Positions 16,936 through 26,011 of a DNA stretch of 64,000 bases are shown here, in pieces. The notes beneath the pieces are model-generated. The model was not told where the DNA came from and did not search any database. It worked only from the letters and a program-made list of their open reading frames with translations. Position 1 is the first letter of the stretch; every line of letters starts with the position of its first letter. The DNA is from Clostridia bacterium (GTDB lineage: Bacteria > Bacillota > Clostridia > Christensenellales > CAG-138): assembly GCA_017428025.1 (NCBI GenBank), contig JAFRRO010000049.1, forward strand, positions 146,152-210,151, given 5' to 3'. A program made the translations under genes and the position numbers.

Positions 16936-18002
16936 CAGACGGACTCCTTCTTGACATATGCGCTCGTGCTTGCGGAAAGCAGCGCGCCGTAATCCAGACC
17001 GAACGCGATACGATCACCGACGCGGTATTGCGGGGCTTTGGTCATATCGAGCAGCAGATGATCGGAGCTTGCGCCCAAAATCCCGATGCGCGAGTCAACG
17101 GGGGTAAGACCGTCGGTGTTGACGTCCTGTCTGCCGATTGCGGCGATCCCGCGCAGCATCGTGCCCTTGTCGACATACTGAACGGTCTCTCCGAACGCGT
17201 TACGTGAAAGCTGACCAATCGGATAGGACGGCTTTTCCTTGCATTCGACGAGTTCCGCTTCCAGCCGGAACGCATCCTGATAACAGCCGTCGATCGTCGT
17301 ATAGGTGCCGGGGATCACGCCGCACATGACCGATTCGCCGAGACGCAGATGATTGATGCCGTCCGGCAGACGATCTTCCAGCAACAGTTTCAAAGAAGTG
17401 CTGTTTCCGCCGGAAATGACCGGAATCGGCAGATGAAGCTCGCTTCTCAGTCGTTCCGTAATCTGCACGAGCGTTCCGAGATTCTCTTCATCCGGCAGAA
17501 CGGAGCCGTAGCAGGTCAGATTTGTGCCGGTTCCGTAGAGTTCAAGATTCGGACAGCCTGCAATCAGCGAAGCGATACGCAGGATTTCTTCATAATTACG
17601 AAAGAACACGCCTTCACGCAGATCGCCGAGATCGATCATCAGGATCACGCGGTGACGTTTGTTCTGCCGTGCAGCGGCTTCCTGCAATGCAAGGATCGTT
17701 CGTTCTTCGCTTTCGAGACTGATATCGGACGCGCGAACGACGTCGTCTGCGCAATCCGGCATCGAAACGCGAAGCATGAGTTTCGGGAGCGATGTCACGG
17801 CACGGTCAAGGTTTTCGATACGGGAATCCGCAAGCATGTCGCATTCGCTCTTGTTGATACAGCCGATTACGGCGGGATGCGCGCAGACTACTTTGGAAAC
17901 AAGTGCGATCGAAACGCCGCGCCGATGCGCCGCTTCGACGAGCGTTTTCATGTTATGAAGCACCTTTTCAGTGTCAATGATCAGTCTCGGATACTGTCCC
18001 AT
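16935..18002 (-). CDS. orr: Ornithine racemase (PLP, alanine-racemase fold)
   Basis: Start MGQYPRLIIDTEKVLHNMKTL with SD AGGAGA. Last enzyme gene of the ornithine aminomutase cluster, as in Clostridium sticklandii. Confidence 0.75.
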   Translation of the reverse strand: MGQYPRLIIDTEKVLHNMKTLVEAAHRRGVSIALVSKVVCAHPAVIGCINKSECDMLADSRIENLDRAVTSLPKLMLRVSMPDCADDVVRASDISLESEERTILALQEAAARQNKRHRVILMIDLGDLREGVFFRNYEEILRIASLIAGCPNLELYGTGTNLTCYGSVLPDEENLGTLVQITERLRSELHLPIPVISGGNSTSLKLLLEDRLPDGINHLRLGESVMCGVIPGTYTTIDGCYQDAFRLEAELVECKEKPSYPIGQLSRNAFGETVQYVDKGTMLRGIAAIGRQDVNTDGLTPVDSRIGILGASSDHLLLDMTKAPQYRVGDRIAFGLDYGALLSASTSAYVKKESV

Positions 18003-19357
18003 CTCAAACTCTCCTTTAAAAGACGCAAAGCGGATTCCGGATCTTCCTTCGAAAGAACGCCGATCGACGCCATGATATAGTCGTGATCGAACAGCAGACG
18101 TACGACGCCCGGCGAAGGCAACAGCTGCATCTTTGACTTGTTGCAGTCGGCAATGGTTCTTAAGATCGATTCCCGATGTGGCAGACGCGTCAGCGCGCCG
18201 CCGGTGCCGACCATCCATTTGATCGCGGAAAGGTCCTTGCCTTCGGCGATCGTGCGCCGTCCCTGCGGGGTGTAGAGATGCCGCAGCTTCCCGGCATGCC
18301 GATCCAGCGCAACGAGACCGGCTTCCAGGCACAAACGCTCCGTCAGGCGGAATTGTACATCCGTCTCAGGAATCGGCAGATATGCGCGCATCACGGCATC
18401 TGTATCGATCTGAAGCTCATGATTGAGCACATCCTTGCCGATGCGGTCGACAAGGTTATGCGCATTGATATAGAGTCCGAGGTCGCCCTCGACCGTGCGT
18501 TTCGCTTTCGGTTCCGGTGCTGTCATCATCGACATGATTTCCGGCGAACCGTCGGTAACGGAGTGTACGTCGGTCGTCGCGCCGCCGATGTCGAGCACCG
18601 CAAGATCGCCGATATCGTCATAGAGCAGCTGCGCAGCGAGCATGACGCTGCCGGGCGTCGGCAGGATCGAGCCGTTGACCATATCGCGGATATGCTCCAT
18701 GCCCGGCGCGTTCGTGATGTGCTTTTCGAACATCGCGTGGATGCACTTGCGCACCGATTCGACGTTCATCTGATCGAGACGCGGATAAACGTTGTCCGCG
18801 ATCGAAAGCGGAATGCCGGATTCTTCTGCAATGCGCGAAATCACCGTGCGGTTCTGTACGTTGCCGCAATAGATGACAGGCGTTTTGATGCTGCTCTTTG
18901 CGATCTCCCGCATATTGAACACCGCGGTTTCACGTTCGCCGTAATCGGTGCCGCCTGCCAACAGGATCAGATTCGGACGGATGGATTTGAGATCGTCGAT
19001 GTCGAATTCGTTCAGCTTGCCCGCAGTCGTCTGTACGATAATCGCGCCTGCGCCGAGCGCTGCCGCTTCGCCTGCGCGCACAGTCATATCGCGCACCAGA
19101 CCGTGTACCGTCATGCGCAGACCGCCTGCCGCAGAACCGGAAGCAAGCATGCGATCGTATGTGATCGCATGCTCGCTCTCGTTGACAAGCAAGTCGTCTA
19201 TGGCGTTTTGAAGACCGATCCGAACATCGCCGTCCAAGACGGTGGTCGGCGCTTTGCCCTGCGCGATAAAACGCGGTTTTGCGGTGCCGAGTCCGTCAAA
19301 TGCGTTGACGATCGTGGTCGTCGAACCGATCTCCGCGACAAGTACGTTAACGTGCAT
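17981..19357 (-). CDS. Glutamate-mutase MutL-like protein (putative ornithine aminomutase reactivase/chaperone)
   Basis: MHVNVLVAEIGSTTTIVNAF.. and DIGGATTDVHSV actin/ASKHA-like ATPase motifs. Position between oraE and orr. Confidence 0.7.
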   Translation of the reverse strand: MHVNVLVAEIGSTTTIVNAFDGLGTAKPRFIAQGKAPTTVLDGDVRIGLQNAIDDLLVNESEHAITYDRMLASGSAAGGLRMTVHGLVRDMTVRAGEAAALGAGAIIVQTTAGKLNEFDIDDLKSIRPNLILLAGGTDYGERETAVFNMREIAKSSIKTPVIYCGNVQNRTVISRIAEESGIPLSIADNVYPRLDQMNVESVRKCIHAMFEKHITNAPGMEHIRDMVNGSILPTPGSVMLAAQLLYDDIGDLAVLDIGGATTDVHSVTDGSPEIMSMMTAPEPKAKRTVEGDLGLYINAHNLVDRIGKDVLNHELQIDTDAVMRAYLPIPETDVQFRLTERLCLEAGLVALDRHAGKLRHLYTPQGRRTIAEGKDLSAIKWMVGTGGALTRLPHRESILRTIADCNKSKMQLLPSPGVVRLLFDHDYIMASIGVLSKEDPESALRLLKESLRWDSIRD

Positions 19358-21578
19358 TCTGCTGTTCTCTTCTTGCGCGCTCCTTGACCAGGAACGTTGC
19401 GACATGGCAGCCGTGCGAACCGCGTCCGAAGCCGACGTCCGCGCCTGCTTCACGCGCGCCTTCATCCGTAACCTGTGTGCCGCCCGCAACAAACATCAGC
19501 TTGTCGCGCACGCCCATTTCACGCGCAATCCGGTCGACCTTTGCGATATTCTTGTAGTGGATATCGTCGTGCGAAATGATGCAGGATGCCAGCATGGCGT
19601 CCGCGTTCGTTTCGATCGCCGCCTGTACGAGCTTTTCCGGCGGAACGGAGGTGCCGAGATAGATGCACTCGATACCGTACTTTTCGATGCCGCCGTGCTT
19701 GATGTTGAGGATCTCGCGGAGACCGACGGAATGCTCGTCGTCGCCGATCGTGCCGGCAACGATACGCATCGGCTTCTTGTCTATCGCATCCCAGAGTTCT
19801 TCATCGCTGAGCACATCGGGAACCGTGGGAAGAACGAGGTCGTTCATGTTGATGGAGAATCCGACCTTGCCCTTCATTTCGATGCGCGTACCTTCGGCGC
19901 GCTGCATGATTTCACGGTTGATGACTTCACAGTCGTTGAGGTTCATCCGCTTGCCGACTTCGAGCGCCGCGGCTTCCGCGTGACGGACGTCGGTGGGGAA
20001 GAACATCGTCAGCATAACGGTGCCGTCCGCGAGCCATTCCATTTCCGGCTTGATCAGCTTTGCGTTCGGTCCGGCATAGTCCTTGACTTCGTCCATGCGA
20101 AGATAGACGTTGTCCGTTTCGTCGAGTTCATCGATGTATTGGATCTTATCGGGGCATTCGAAGGTACATCCGCCGATCAGCTTCGAAGGATCGGAAACCG
20201 CTTCCGGATCGTACTGCGCAACGTTATTGTAGCCGTAGTGCGCGGTAACGGGCGCACAGTAATCCTTTGCACGCTTGAAAACCGTACCGACGCCGATGCC
20301 GCCGTCGATCTTTCTGGAAATACCGTCGCCGTTGCGCTCGGGGAACATTCCGCTGTCGACGAAGAAGCCTTCTTCGACGGAATTGAAGTATCCGCCGAGC
20401 TCCTTCATGTTCTCGAGGAACAGAACGGCACGTTCCTTGAGCTCACGCGCTTTCTCCTTTAGATAGCCGTCCTTCTTAAGTTCGACCATCTCCATGAGAC
20501 CGTCCATGCCGATCAGCGCCTGCTTTGCGGTGTCGCACGCTTCGATGTTGTAGATGTGCCACGGAACGTTTCTGCCCTCGTCCGGCGTGATCGTGCTCTG
20601 GATATCGGCGCTCGTGAGCTTCGAAATCACCATGTTCAGCACATGTGTGACCGTCGCTTCGCGCGTGGAGGCTTCGATGTACTTGGTGTTCATCTGCGCG
20701 CGCATCCGGTAGCCTTTAAAGAGATCGCGCAGTGCGACCGCGTAGGGAAGGTCCATATGGATGCACGGACCGGGCGTTGCCGTCGGGGGGACGGTGGAGA
20801 GGCAGATGTTTTCCTTCTTCATCCCGACCTTGTAGGAGATCAGCGCGTTGATGCCGTGCTGCACCATCAATTCGGGCATGACCTTCCATGCGTCGCGCGC
20901 GGTGGCGTTTGCGTTGTGCGCACCGTCGATCTGCGCCATGTCCGCCCAAGCCATGATGCGCTTTGATTCACATGCGTCGACGAAAGAACGCACCATATTG
21001 ATATTCCGGTAAATGACGTTGTACTGCGGATCCTGATGCGCGCCGTTGACGCCTTCTTCGGCAAACATGACGGCGATATCGGGACCGGCGACGCCGGAAA
21101 CGTAGCTGTGGTAGTTGATCGGTCGTCCGACTTCATCCTCGATCATATCGAGCGCCTTGCGCTGTGCACGCACCTGCTTGCGCGTGACCGGAACGCCGCC
21201 GATGCCCTGCGGCGTACCTTCAATCAAGCCGTCGAAATGACTTTGTCCGGCGGTACGGATGACCATGATATGGTCTGCGCCGTGGTGCGCAGCCATGCGC
21301 ATGCGGCGGATGTCGTCCTCAAAACGGCCGGAAGCGATCTCGGTCGTGATGACCGGAATCGGCTGCGGATCGATGTCGCCGAAATAGTGTGCGGGAGGAA
21401 GACCGACGCTGTCCTTCAGCGGCTTACTGGCGTCGGAATAGGTGAACGGTCCCATCTCAAGATGCGGAACCGGTTCGCGCCAGGTCCAGCCGCGACGGCG
21501 CGGACGATAGTGTTCGAGGTCTTCGAGAATTTTTGCGACGTCGATCTTGACGTCTTTTTCGAGTTTGTATTCGCTCAT
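19347..21578 (-). CDS. oraE: D-ornithine 4,5-aminomutase, large (E, B12- and PLP-binding) subunit
   Basis: 743 aa with a C-terminal B12-binding Rossmann region (..VAGTIGDDEHSVGLREI..). Cluster context. Confidence 0.85.
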   Translation of the reverse strand: MSEYKLEKDVKIDVAKILEDLEHYRPRRRGWTWREPVPHLEMGPFTYSDASKPLKDSVGLPPAHYFGDIDPQPIPVITTEIASGRFEDDIRRMRMAAHHGADHIMVIRTAGQSHFDGLIEGTPQGIGGVPVTRKQVRAQRKALDMIEDEVGRPINYHSYVSGVAGPDIAVMFAEEGVNGAHQDPQYNVIYRNINMVRSFVDACESKRIMAWADMAQIDGAHNANATARDAWKVMPELMVQHGINALISYKVGMKKENICLSTVPPTATPGPCIHMDLPYAVALRDLFKGYRMRAQMNTKYIEASTREATVTHVLNMVISKLTSADIQSTITPDEGRNVPWHIYNIEACDTAKQALIGMDGLMEMVELKKDGYLKEKARELKERAVLFLENMKELGGYFNSVEEGFFVDSGMFPERNGDGISRKIDGGIGVGTVFKRAKDYCAPVTAHYGYNNVAQYDPEAVSDPSKLIGGCTFECPDKIQYIDELDETDNVYLRMDEVKDYAGPNAKLIKPEMEWLADGTVMLTMFFPTDVRHAEAAALEVGKRMNLNDCEVINREIMQRAEGTRIEMKGKVGFSINMNDLVLPTVPDVLSDEELWDAIDKKPMRIVAGTIGDDEHSVGLREILNIKHGGIEKYGIECIYLGTSVPPEKLVQAAIETNADAMLASCIISHDDIHYKNIAKVDRIAREMGVRDKLMFVAGGTQVTDEGAREAGADVGFGRGSHGCHVATFLVKERARREQQNAR

Positions 21579-21940
21579 GCGTTCTCACCTCCGAACAGCG
21601 ATTCCGCTTCCGCCCATGCGTCGGTTTCGATGAGTTTCAACCCTGCGGTGCGAATGTCGGTCTGATGCTTCTTTGCAAAGCGGTAAACCACGTTCCCCGC
21701 ACCGTGCTCCATGAGATTGTGTTCCATGCAGCCCTCGACGAGCGATTTCGCTTCGATCGAGGAGAATCCCATGCGCAGCAGGACGCTGCGCTCAATCGCG
21801 GGCGTCGTGTTCTCGTAACCGAGTTTCAGAAGCGGATCAATCATTTCATCGATCAGATTCCAGAAGCGCGATTCCAGTTCGGCGTCGGAGAGATCCTTCA
21901 GATGCTCTCTGCGTGTTTCAAAATCGTCTGTGCGTTTCAT
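21575..21940 (-). CDS. oraS: D-ornithine 4,5-aminomutase, small (S) subunit
   Basis: 121 aa protein immediately upstream of and overlapping oraE. Size and position match OraS. Confidence 0.8.
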   Translation of the reverse strand: MKRTDDFETRREHLKDLSDAELESRFWNLIDEMIDPLLKLGYENTTPAIERSVLLRMGFSSIEAKSLVEGCMEHNLMEHGAGNVVYRFAKKHQTDIRTAGLKLIETDAWAEAESLFGGENA

Positions 21941-23340
21941 GCAAGATGCTCCTTTACAAAGGTGGGATTCGTCTTGGTTTCTTCTGCGAGGAATGCGATG
22001 TCCGCTTCGTTCGGCGTCTTGCCGGTCATCTTCTGCGCGTTGTGAATGAGCGACGTGCGCAGATGCTCAATATCCGCTTCGCGCGCATGGATCATCGACG
22101 GATGGGCGGGGAGGATGATGCTCTTGCCGGGGACTTCGTCCTTCGGATCGCCGAAGTGAATGTCGATGCCGTTCGAACGCGCAAAGCTCAGCTGCGCGTT
22201 GACATGCTTGCCTGCGCCGGTATACTCGGTCTCCTGCACGACGATGATCTTGTCCTTCGGAAGCGTCTGCGCCAGCGAGAACGCCGCCGCAAGCGACGTG
22301 TTGCCCGCAGGACCTTTTTCCATGCCCTCGAGAGCCGCGAGCATTTCGGTCGTATAGAACACTTCGCCCTGATTGACGGTCACATAGCGGTCCATGTAGC
22401 GAAGCGGCCTTGCGGCGCTGCGCGGGACGTCGCTGCGGTCCGGCCACGTCGAGAACGGCATGCCGAATCCGGTATGACCGGTTGTGAACGATTTGAGATT
22501 GAATTGTGTATCGCTCGCCATGTGCAAACCGGAGAGGTTGACGCTTGCCGCAACGACTTCCGCGCTGCAGTTTGCTTTGAGAAGTCCGCGTGCGGTGCCG
22601 GTGAGATTGCCGCCGCCCGCATTTGTGCAGACGACCATATCCGGATCGCGGCCGAGCATCAGACGGCACTGCTGTGCAATCTCAAAGCCGAGCGTTTCCA
22701 CGCCCGCGATGCCGAACGGCGTATAGAGCGACGCATTGAAATACCCGGTTTCTTCGAGCATGCGGAGGAACATATAAAAGAGTTCCGGTCCGACGGTCAG
22801 CTGTACGACTTCCGCGCCGAGCGCTTCGCACTTTCTTGCTTTCTCGATGATTTCGGGCTGACCGACGCCTTTCGAGTCAAAGCATTCCTGTACGACGATA
22901 CATTTCAGTCCCGCTTTTGCGGCGCATGCGGCAACCGCGGCGCCGTAGTTTCCGGAGGTTGCGGAAATGACGCCGGGATAACCCATGCGCTTCGCCTGAT
23001 GAATGCTCGTTGCGGCGCGGCGGACTTTAAAGCTGCCGGAGAGGTTTGCCGCTTCGTCCTTGACGAAGATGCGAGCGCCCATGCCCTGCGGCGCAAACGA
23101 ACGTGCGAGCGCGGAGAGGTTCTTGAGCTCGATCAGCGGCGTATTGCCGATCTGGAACTCGTTCGTCTGAATCTTTCTGACGGCGTCGAGATCGTATCCG
23201 GTCGCGGCCATCATGCCTTCGTAATCGAATGCGATGGAGCCGCTTTCGAATTTGTCATAGTCCATGCCGACGGCGCGCTTCATGATTTCGTTCTTGCGCG
23301 ACATGACGGCTGCGTAGCTGTTGTCAAGCATGGGTTTCAC
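21937..23340 (-). CDS. ortB: 2-amino-4-ketopentanoate thiolase, beta (PLP) subunit
   Basis: Trp-synthase-beta-like PLP fold (..SGSFKVRRA..). Located between ortA and oraS. Confidence 0.8.
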   Translation of the reverse strand: MKPMLDNSYAAVMSRKNEIMKRAVGMDYDKFESGSIAFDYEGMMAATGYDLDAVRKIQTNEFQIGNTPLIELKNLSALARSFAPQGMGARIFVKDEAANLSGSFKVRRAATSIHQAKRMGYPGVISATSGNYGAAVAACAAKAGLKCIVVQECFDSKGVGQPEIIEKARKCEALGAEVVQLTVGPELFYMFLRMLEETGYFNASLYTPFGIAGVETLGFEIAQQCRLMLGRDPDMVVCTNAGGGNLTGTARGLLKANCSAEVVAASVNLSGLHMASDTQFNLKSFTTGHTGFGMPFSTWPDRSDVPRSAARPLRYMDRYVTVNQGEVFYTTEMLAALEGMEKGPAGNTSLAAAFSLAQTLPKDKIIVVQETEYTGAGKHVNAQLSFARSNGIDIHFGDPKDEVPGKSIILPAHPSMIHAREADIEHLRTSLIHNAQKMTGKTPNEADIAFLAEETKTNPTFVKEHLA

Positions 23341-23632
23341 CTCCGAACAGGATGGTTTTTACGGTTTCGTCGATCGTGTCAAGCTCGGGGATGTAATCGC
23401 CGAAATTGTGCTTGAAGGAGGGATTCACGGCGCAGAGCGTCCCTTCGACTTCGCGTCCGGTCTTGGTACGGACCTTGACGAGATCGCCGATTTCGGCAGT
23501 TTCGTCGATAAGGTGTCCCTTTACCCACATTTCAAGAGGCACATGACGCGTATCCTCGGGGATATTCGTCGCGCGTTCTTCGGGCTTCAGAACGTCGATA
23601 TGGATCTGAACCCAATCGTTTTTGTTTGCCAT
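23324..23632 (-). CDS. ortA: 2-amino-4-ketopentanoate thiolase, alpha subunit
   Basis: ~100 aa protein (MANKNDWVQIHIDVLKPEERA..) with SD AAGGAG. Located between ord and ortB. Confidence 0.75.
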   Translation of the reverse strand: MANKNDWVQIHIDVLKPEERATNIPEDTRHVPLEMWVKGHLIDETAEIGDLVKVRTKTGREVEGTLCAVNPSFKHNFGDYIPELDTIDETVKTILFGGETHA

Positions 23633-23642
23633 TTGACGCTCC

Positions 23643-24686
23643 TTACTGTTCGATATAGTTGCGCATGTCGCCCATGATCGCATGCGGTACGGGCAGGTCG
23701 ATCATCGTCTTGAGACCGGGTTTTGCGTTCAGCACGTGCGGGATCATATTGACACACATTGCGATCGTGCCGATGCCGCCGTTGACCTCGGGCTTGATCT
23801 GCATGTTGACGTTCGGCGTACCGGTGAGCGTGATATAGTCGCCCGTATAGGTGCCTTCCATCTCCGGCTCGATCTGCTGCGGATGGATCATGTCGATCAT
23901 GACCTTGTCGCCGACATAGCCCTGACCGGTCATGTTGACGCCGGCAACATCGCCCGCTTTCGCAAAGCCGTAGGGGGATTTGCGGTCGACGCTCGTCACG
24001 ATCGGCTTCATCTGCTGTTCAAAGCGATCGATCTCAAAGCCGAGCGCTTCGCCGATCATGCCGACGGATTCCGCAAAGCCGACGTGACCGGCCAGCGTTC
24101 CGTTCTTGCAGCCTTCTTCAAACTGCTCGACGGTGAGACCGACGCCCTGTTCTTCCATAACGGCGGGACCGAAGGGGGAGAGGGAATTGACGCGCTTGCA
24201 GAGTACATGCTCCACATCCGTCATACAGCCGGAAAGGCAGATTGCAAGAAGGTCCATCATCAGACCGGGATTGATACCGGTGCCGAGCACCGTAACTCCG
24301 CTGCCCTTGGCAAGAGCGTCCATCTTATCGGCAAGCTCCGGATTCTGCGCGCGCGGATAGCTCATTTCTTCTGCGGTCGAAATGACGTTGACGCCCTTTT
24401 CGATCAGATGGCAGATTTTCGGATACGCTTTTTTCGTAAAGGAATCGGTTGCGAGGATGCAGAGATCCGGCTTCGGCGTCAATGCGGCGTCGATATCGCC
24501 GATGACCTTGACGTCTTCGCGTTCGCCGCGTTCCACACCGAGCAGCTCGTAAATGCTCTTTCCGACACGATTCGGATGGATATCGCAGACGCCGGTGATA
24601 ACGACGCCCTTCTTTTCGAGCAGGACCTTTGCGATGCCGCTGCCCATTGCTCCGAATCCCCAAATAGCTACTTGAATTTCTCTCAT
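23643..24686 (-). CDS. ord: 2,4-diaminopentanoate dehydrogenase
   Basis: MREIQVAIWGFGAMGSGIAKVL Rossmann N-terminus. First gene of the cluster. SD AAGGAGG. Confidence 0.8.
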   Translation of the reverse strand: MREIQVAIWGFGAMGSGIAKVLLEKKGVVITGVCDIHPNRVGKSIYELLGVERGEREDVKVIGDIDAALTPKPDLCILATDSFTKKAYPKICHLIEKGVNVISTAEEMSYPRAQNPELADKMDALAKGSGVTVLGTGINPGLMMDLLAICLSGCMTDVEHVLCKRVNSLSPFGPAVMEEQGVGLTVEQFEEGCKNGTLAGHVGFAESVGMIGEALGFEIDRFEQQMKPIVTSVDRKSPYGFAKAGDVAGVNMTGQGYVGDKVMIDMIHPQQIEPEMEGTYTGDYITLTGTPNVNMQIKPEVNGGIGTIAMCVNMIPHVLNAKPGLKTMIDLPVPHAIMGDMRNYIEQ

Positions 24687-24713
24687 ACAAATACCTCCTT
24701 CGGTTTCCGTACA

Positions 24714-24742
24714 ATTATACAACGATTCGTATCCAACTTCAA
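24714..24742 (-). promoter_or_regulatory. Sigma-A type promoter of the ornithine operon
   Basis: Minus strand reads TTGAAG-17 nt-TATAAT, immediately after the upstream terminator. Confidence 0.65.
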
Positions 24743-24743
24743 G

Positions 24744-24767
24744 AAAAAAGCGCCCCGTAAGGCGCTC
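24744..24767 (-). terminator. Intrinsic terminator of the NifS-like gene
   Basis: Minus strand reads agcgcc-ttacgg-ggcgct-tttttt. Confidence 0.75.
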
Positions 24768-24782
24768 CGTTAACTATATATT

Positions 24783-25910
24783 TTATTGCGCTGTTGTACG
24801 AATCGCGTCCGCCGCAAACCGGATCTCGTCGTCCGTCGTTGCAGGCGAAAAGCTGAATCGGACACTTCCTTTCGGATAGGTTCCGAGCGATCTGTGCGCG
24901 TCCGGCGCGCAATGCAGACCGCATCTGGTCAGAATGCCGTATTCGGTCTCCAAAAGGTTCGAAACCTCTGCATTGTCGTGCGTCGGAAAATCGATAGCGT
25001 ACACGGCGACGCGTTTTGCAAGGTCTGTCGTTCCGCAGACGCGGATGCCCGGGATTTCGGACAGGAGCTTCTGAAACAGTGTCATCAGATGCAGTTCGTG
25101 TTCGCGGTTCTTTTCAAAATCCGCACTCTTGAGAGCCGCATACAGACCGATAATCCCCGGCAGATTCAGCGTACCCGCTTCAAAGCGGTCCGGATAGAAA
25201 TCGGGGATCCGTTCACTGTACGAAAGCGAACCGGTACCACCCGCAATCAGCGGCTCAAGACGTTCGGCAAACGCCGGATCGAGGCAGAGGATGCCGAGCC
25301 CCTGCGCAGACAAAAGTCCCTTGTGCGCGGGCATACAGAGCGCAGAAAGACCGAGTTCTTTCATGGAAAACGGAAAGTGACCGGCAGTTTGTGCAGCGTC
25401 CAGAACAAACGGCAAGCCGGAAGCCTTGCAGCGCTTTCCGAGTTCCACAACCGGCTGCAGAGAACCGCAGACGTTCGACGCATGCGTATGAATACAAAGC
25501 CGGAAAGAGGAGAGATCATCTTTGAGCTTTGCGAGATCGGAAATGCCTTCTTCGGTTGCGGGGATCCGTACGATCTCCGCGCCGATCTGCGCCAAGGGAC
25601 GAACGACGGAATTGTGCTCCATCGAAGAAATCAGCACACGATCGCCTTTTCGGACGAAGCCTTTGATGACGGTATTCAGCGCGGCCGTCATGCCGCCCGT
25701 AAAGATCACGTGCTTTGCGGACGGGCAATCGAACAGAGTAGCAATCCGCTCGCGCGTTTCAAAAACGGTCAGTCCCGCTTCCTGCGCGCGTTCATAGCTT
25801 CCCCTTCCGATGTTGCAGCAAGAACGGTCCAGAAAGTCCTTGACGGAGTTCGAAACACCTTCCGCTTTCGGAAAAGACGTCGCCGCATTGTCCAGATAAA
25901 TCGTTTTCAT
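24783..25910 (-). CDS. Class-V aminotransferase, cysteine desulfurase / selenocysteine lyase-like (EF2568-type)
   Basis: MKTIYLDNAATSFPK.. N-terminus, 375 aa, and an HK lysine region (CMPAHKGL) typical of NifS-like enzymes. Confidence 0.75.
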   Translation of the reverse strand: MKTIYLDNAATSFPKAEGVSNSVKDFLDRSCCNIGRGSYERAQEAGLTVFETRERIATLFDCPSAKHVIFTGGMTAALNTVIKGFVRKGDRVLISSMEHNSVVRPLAQIGAEIVRIPATEEGISDLAKLKDDLSSFRLCIHTHASNVCGSLQPVVELGKRCKASGLPFVLDAAQTAGHFPFSMKELGLSALCMPAHKGLLSAQGLGILCLDPAFAERLEPLIAGGTGSLSYSERIPDFYPDRFEAGTLNLPGIIGLYAALKSADFEKNREHELHLMTLFQKLLSEIPGIRVCGTTDLAKRVAVYAIDFPTHDNAEVSNLLETEYGILTRCGLHCAPDAHRSLGTYPKGSVRFSFSPATTDDEIRFAADAIRTTAQ

Positions 25911-25929
25911 CTCTTTTCGTTATCCTCGC

Positions 25930-25958
25930 TTGCAAATAACGCTCATATGTGTTATTAT
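25930..25958 (+). promoter_or_regulatory. Sigma-A type promoter of yedE operon
   Basis: TTGCAA-17 nt-TATTAT with TGt extended -10. Confidence 0.6.
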
Positions 25959-25982
25959 ATCACCGGAACGTTATTCTTGCAA
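25954..25982 (-). promoter_or_regulatory. Sigma-A type promoter of the NifS-like gene, sharing its -10 region with the yedE promoter
   Basis: Minus strand reads TTGCAA-17 nt-TATAAT. The -10 hexamers of the two promoters occupy the same 7 bp (25953-25959). Confidence 0.55.
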
Positions 25983-26011
25983 GGGAATAGCGACAAAAGG
26001 AGGCATTTAAA

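Noticed and set aside
16935-18332. 465-aa version of the orr ORF, and similarly extended versions of ORFs 17981-19492, 53401-54825, 40990-41970, 7517-8398, 5338-6102 and 6179-7507
   Set aside because: The N-terminal extensions overlap upstream genes or terminators, are Arg-rich and lack an SD. The internal starts have strong SDs and match the expected family N-termini.
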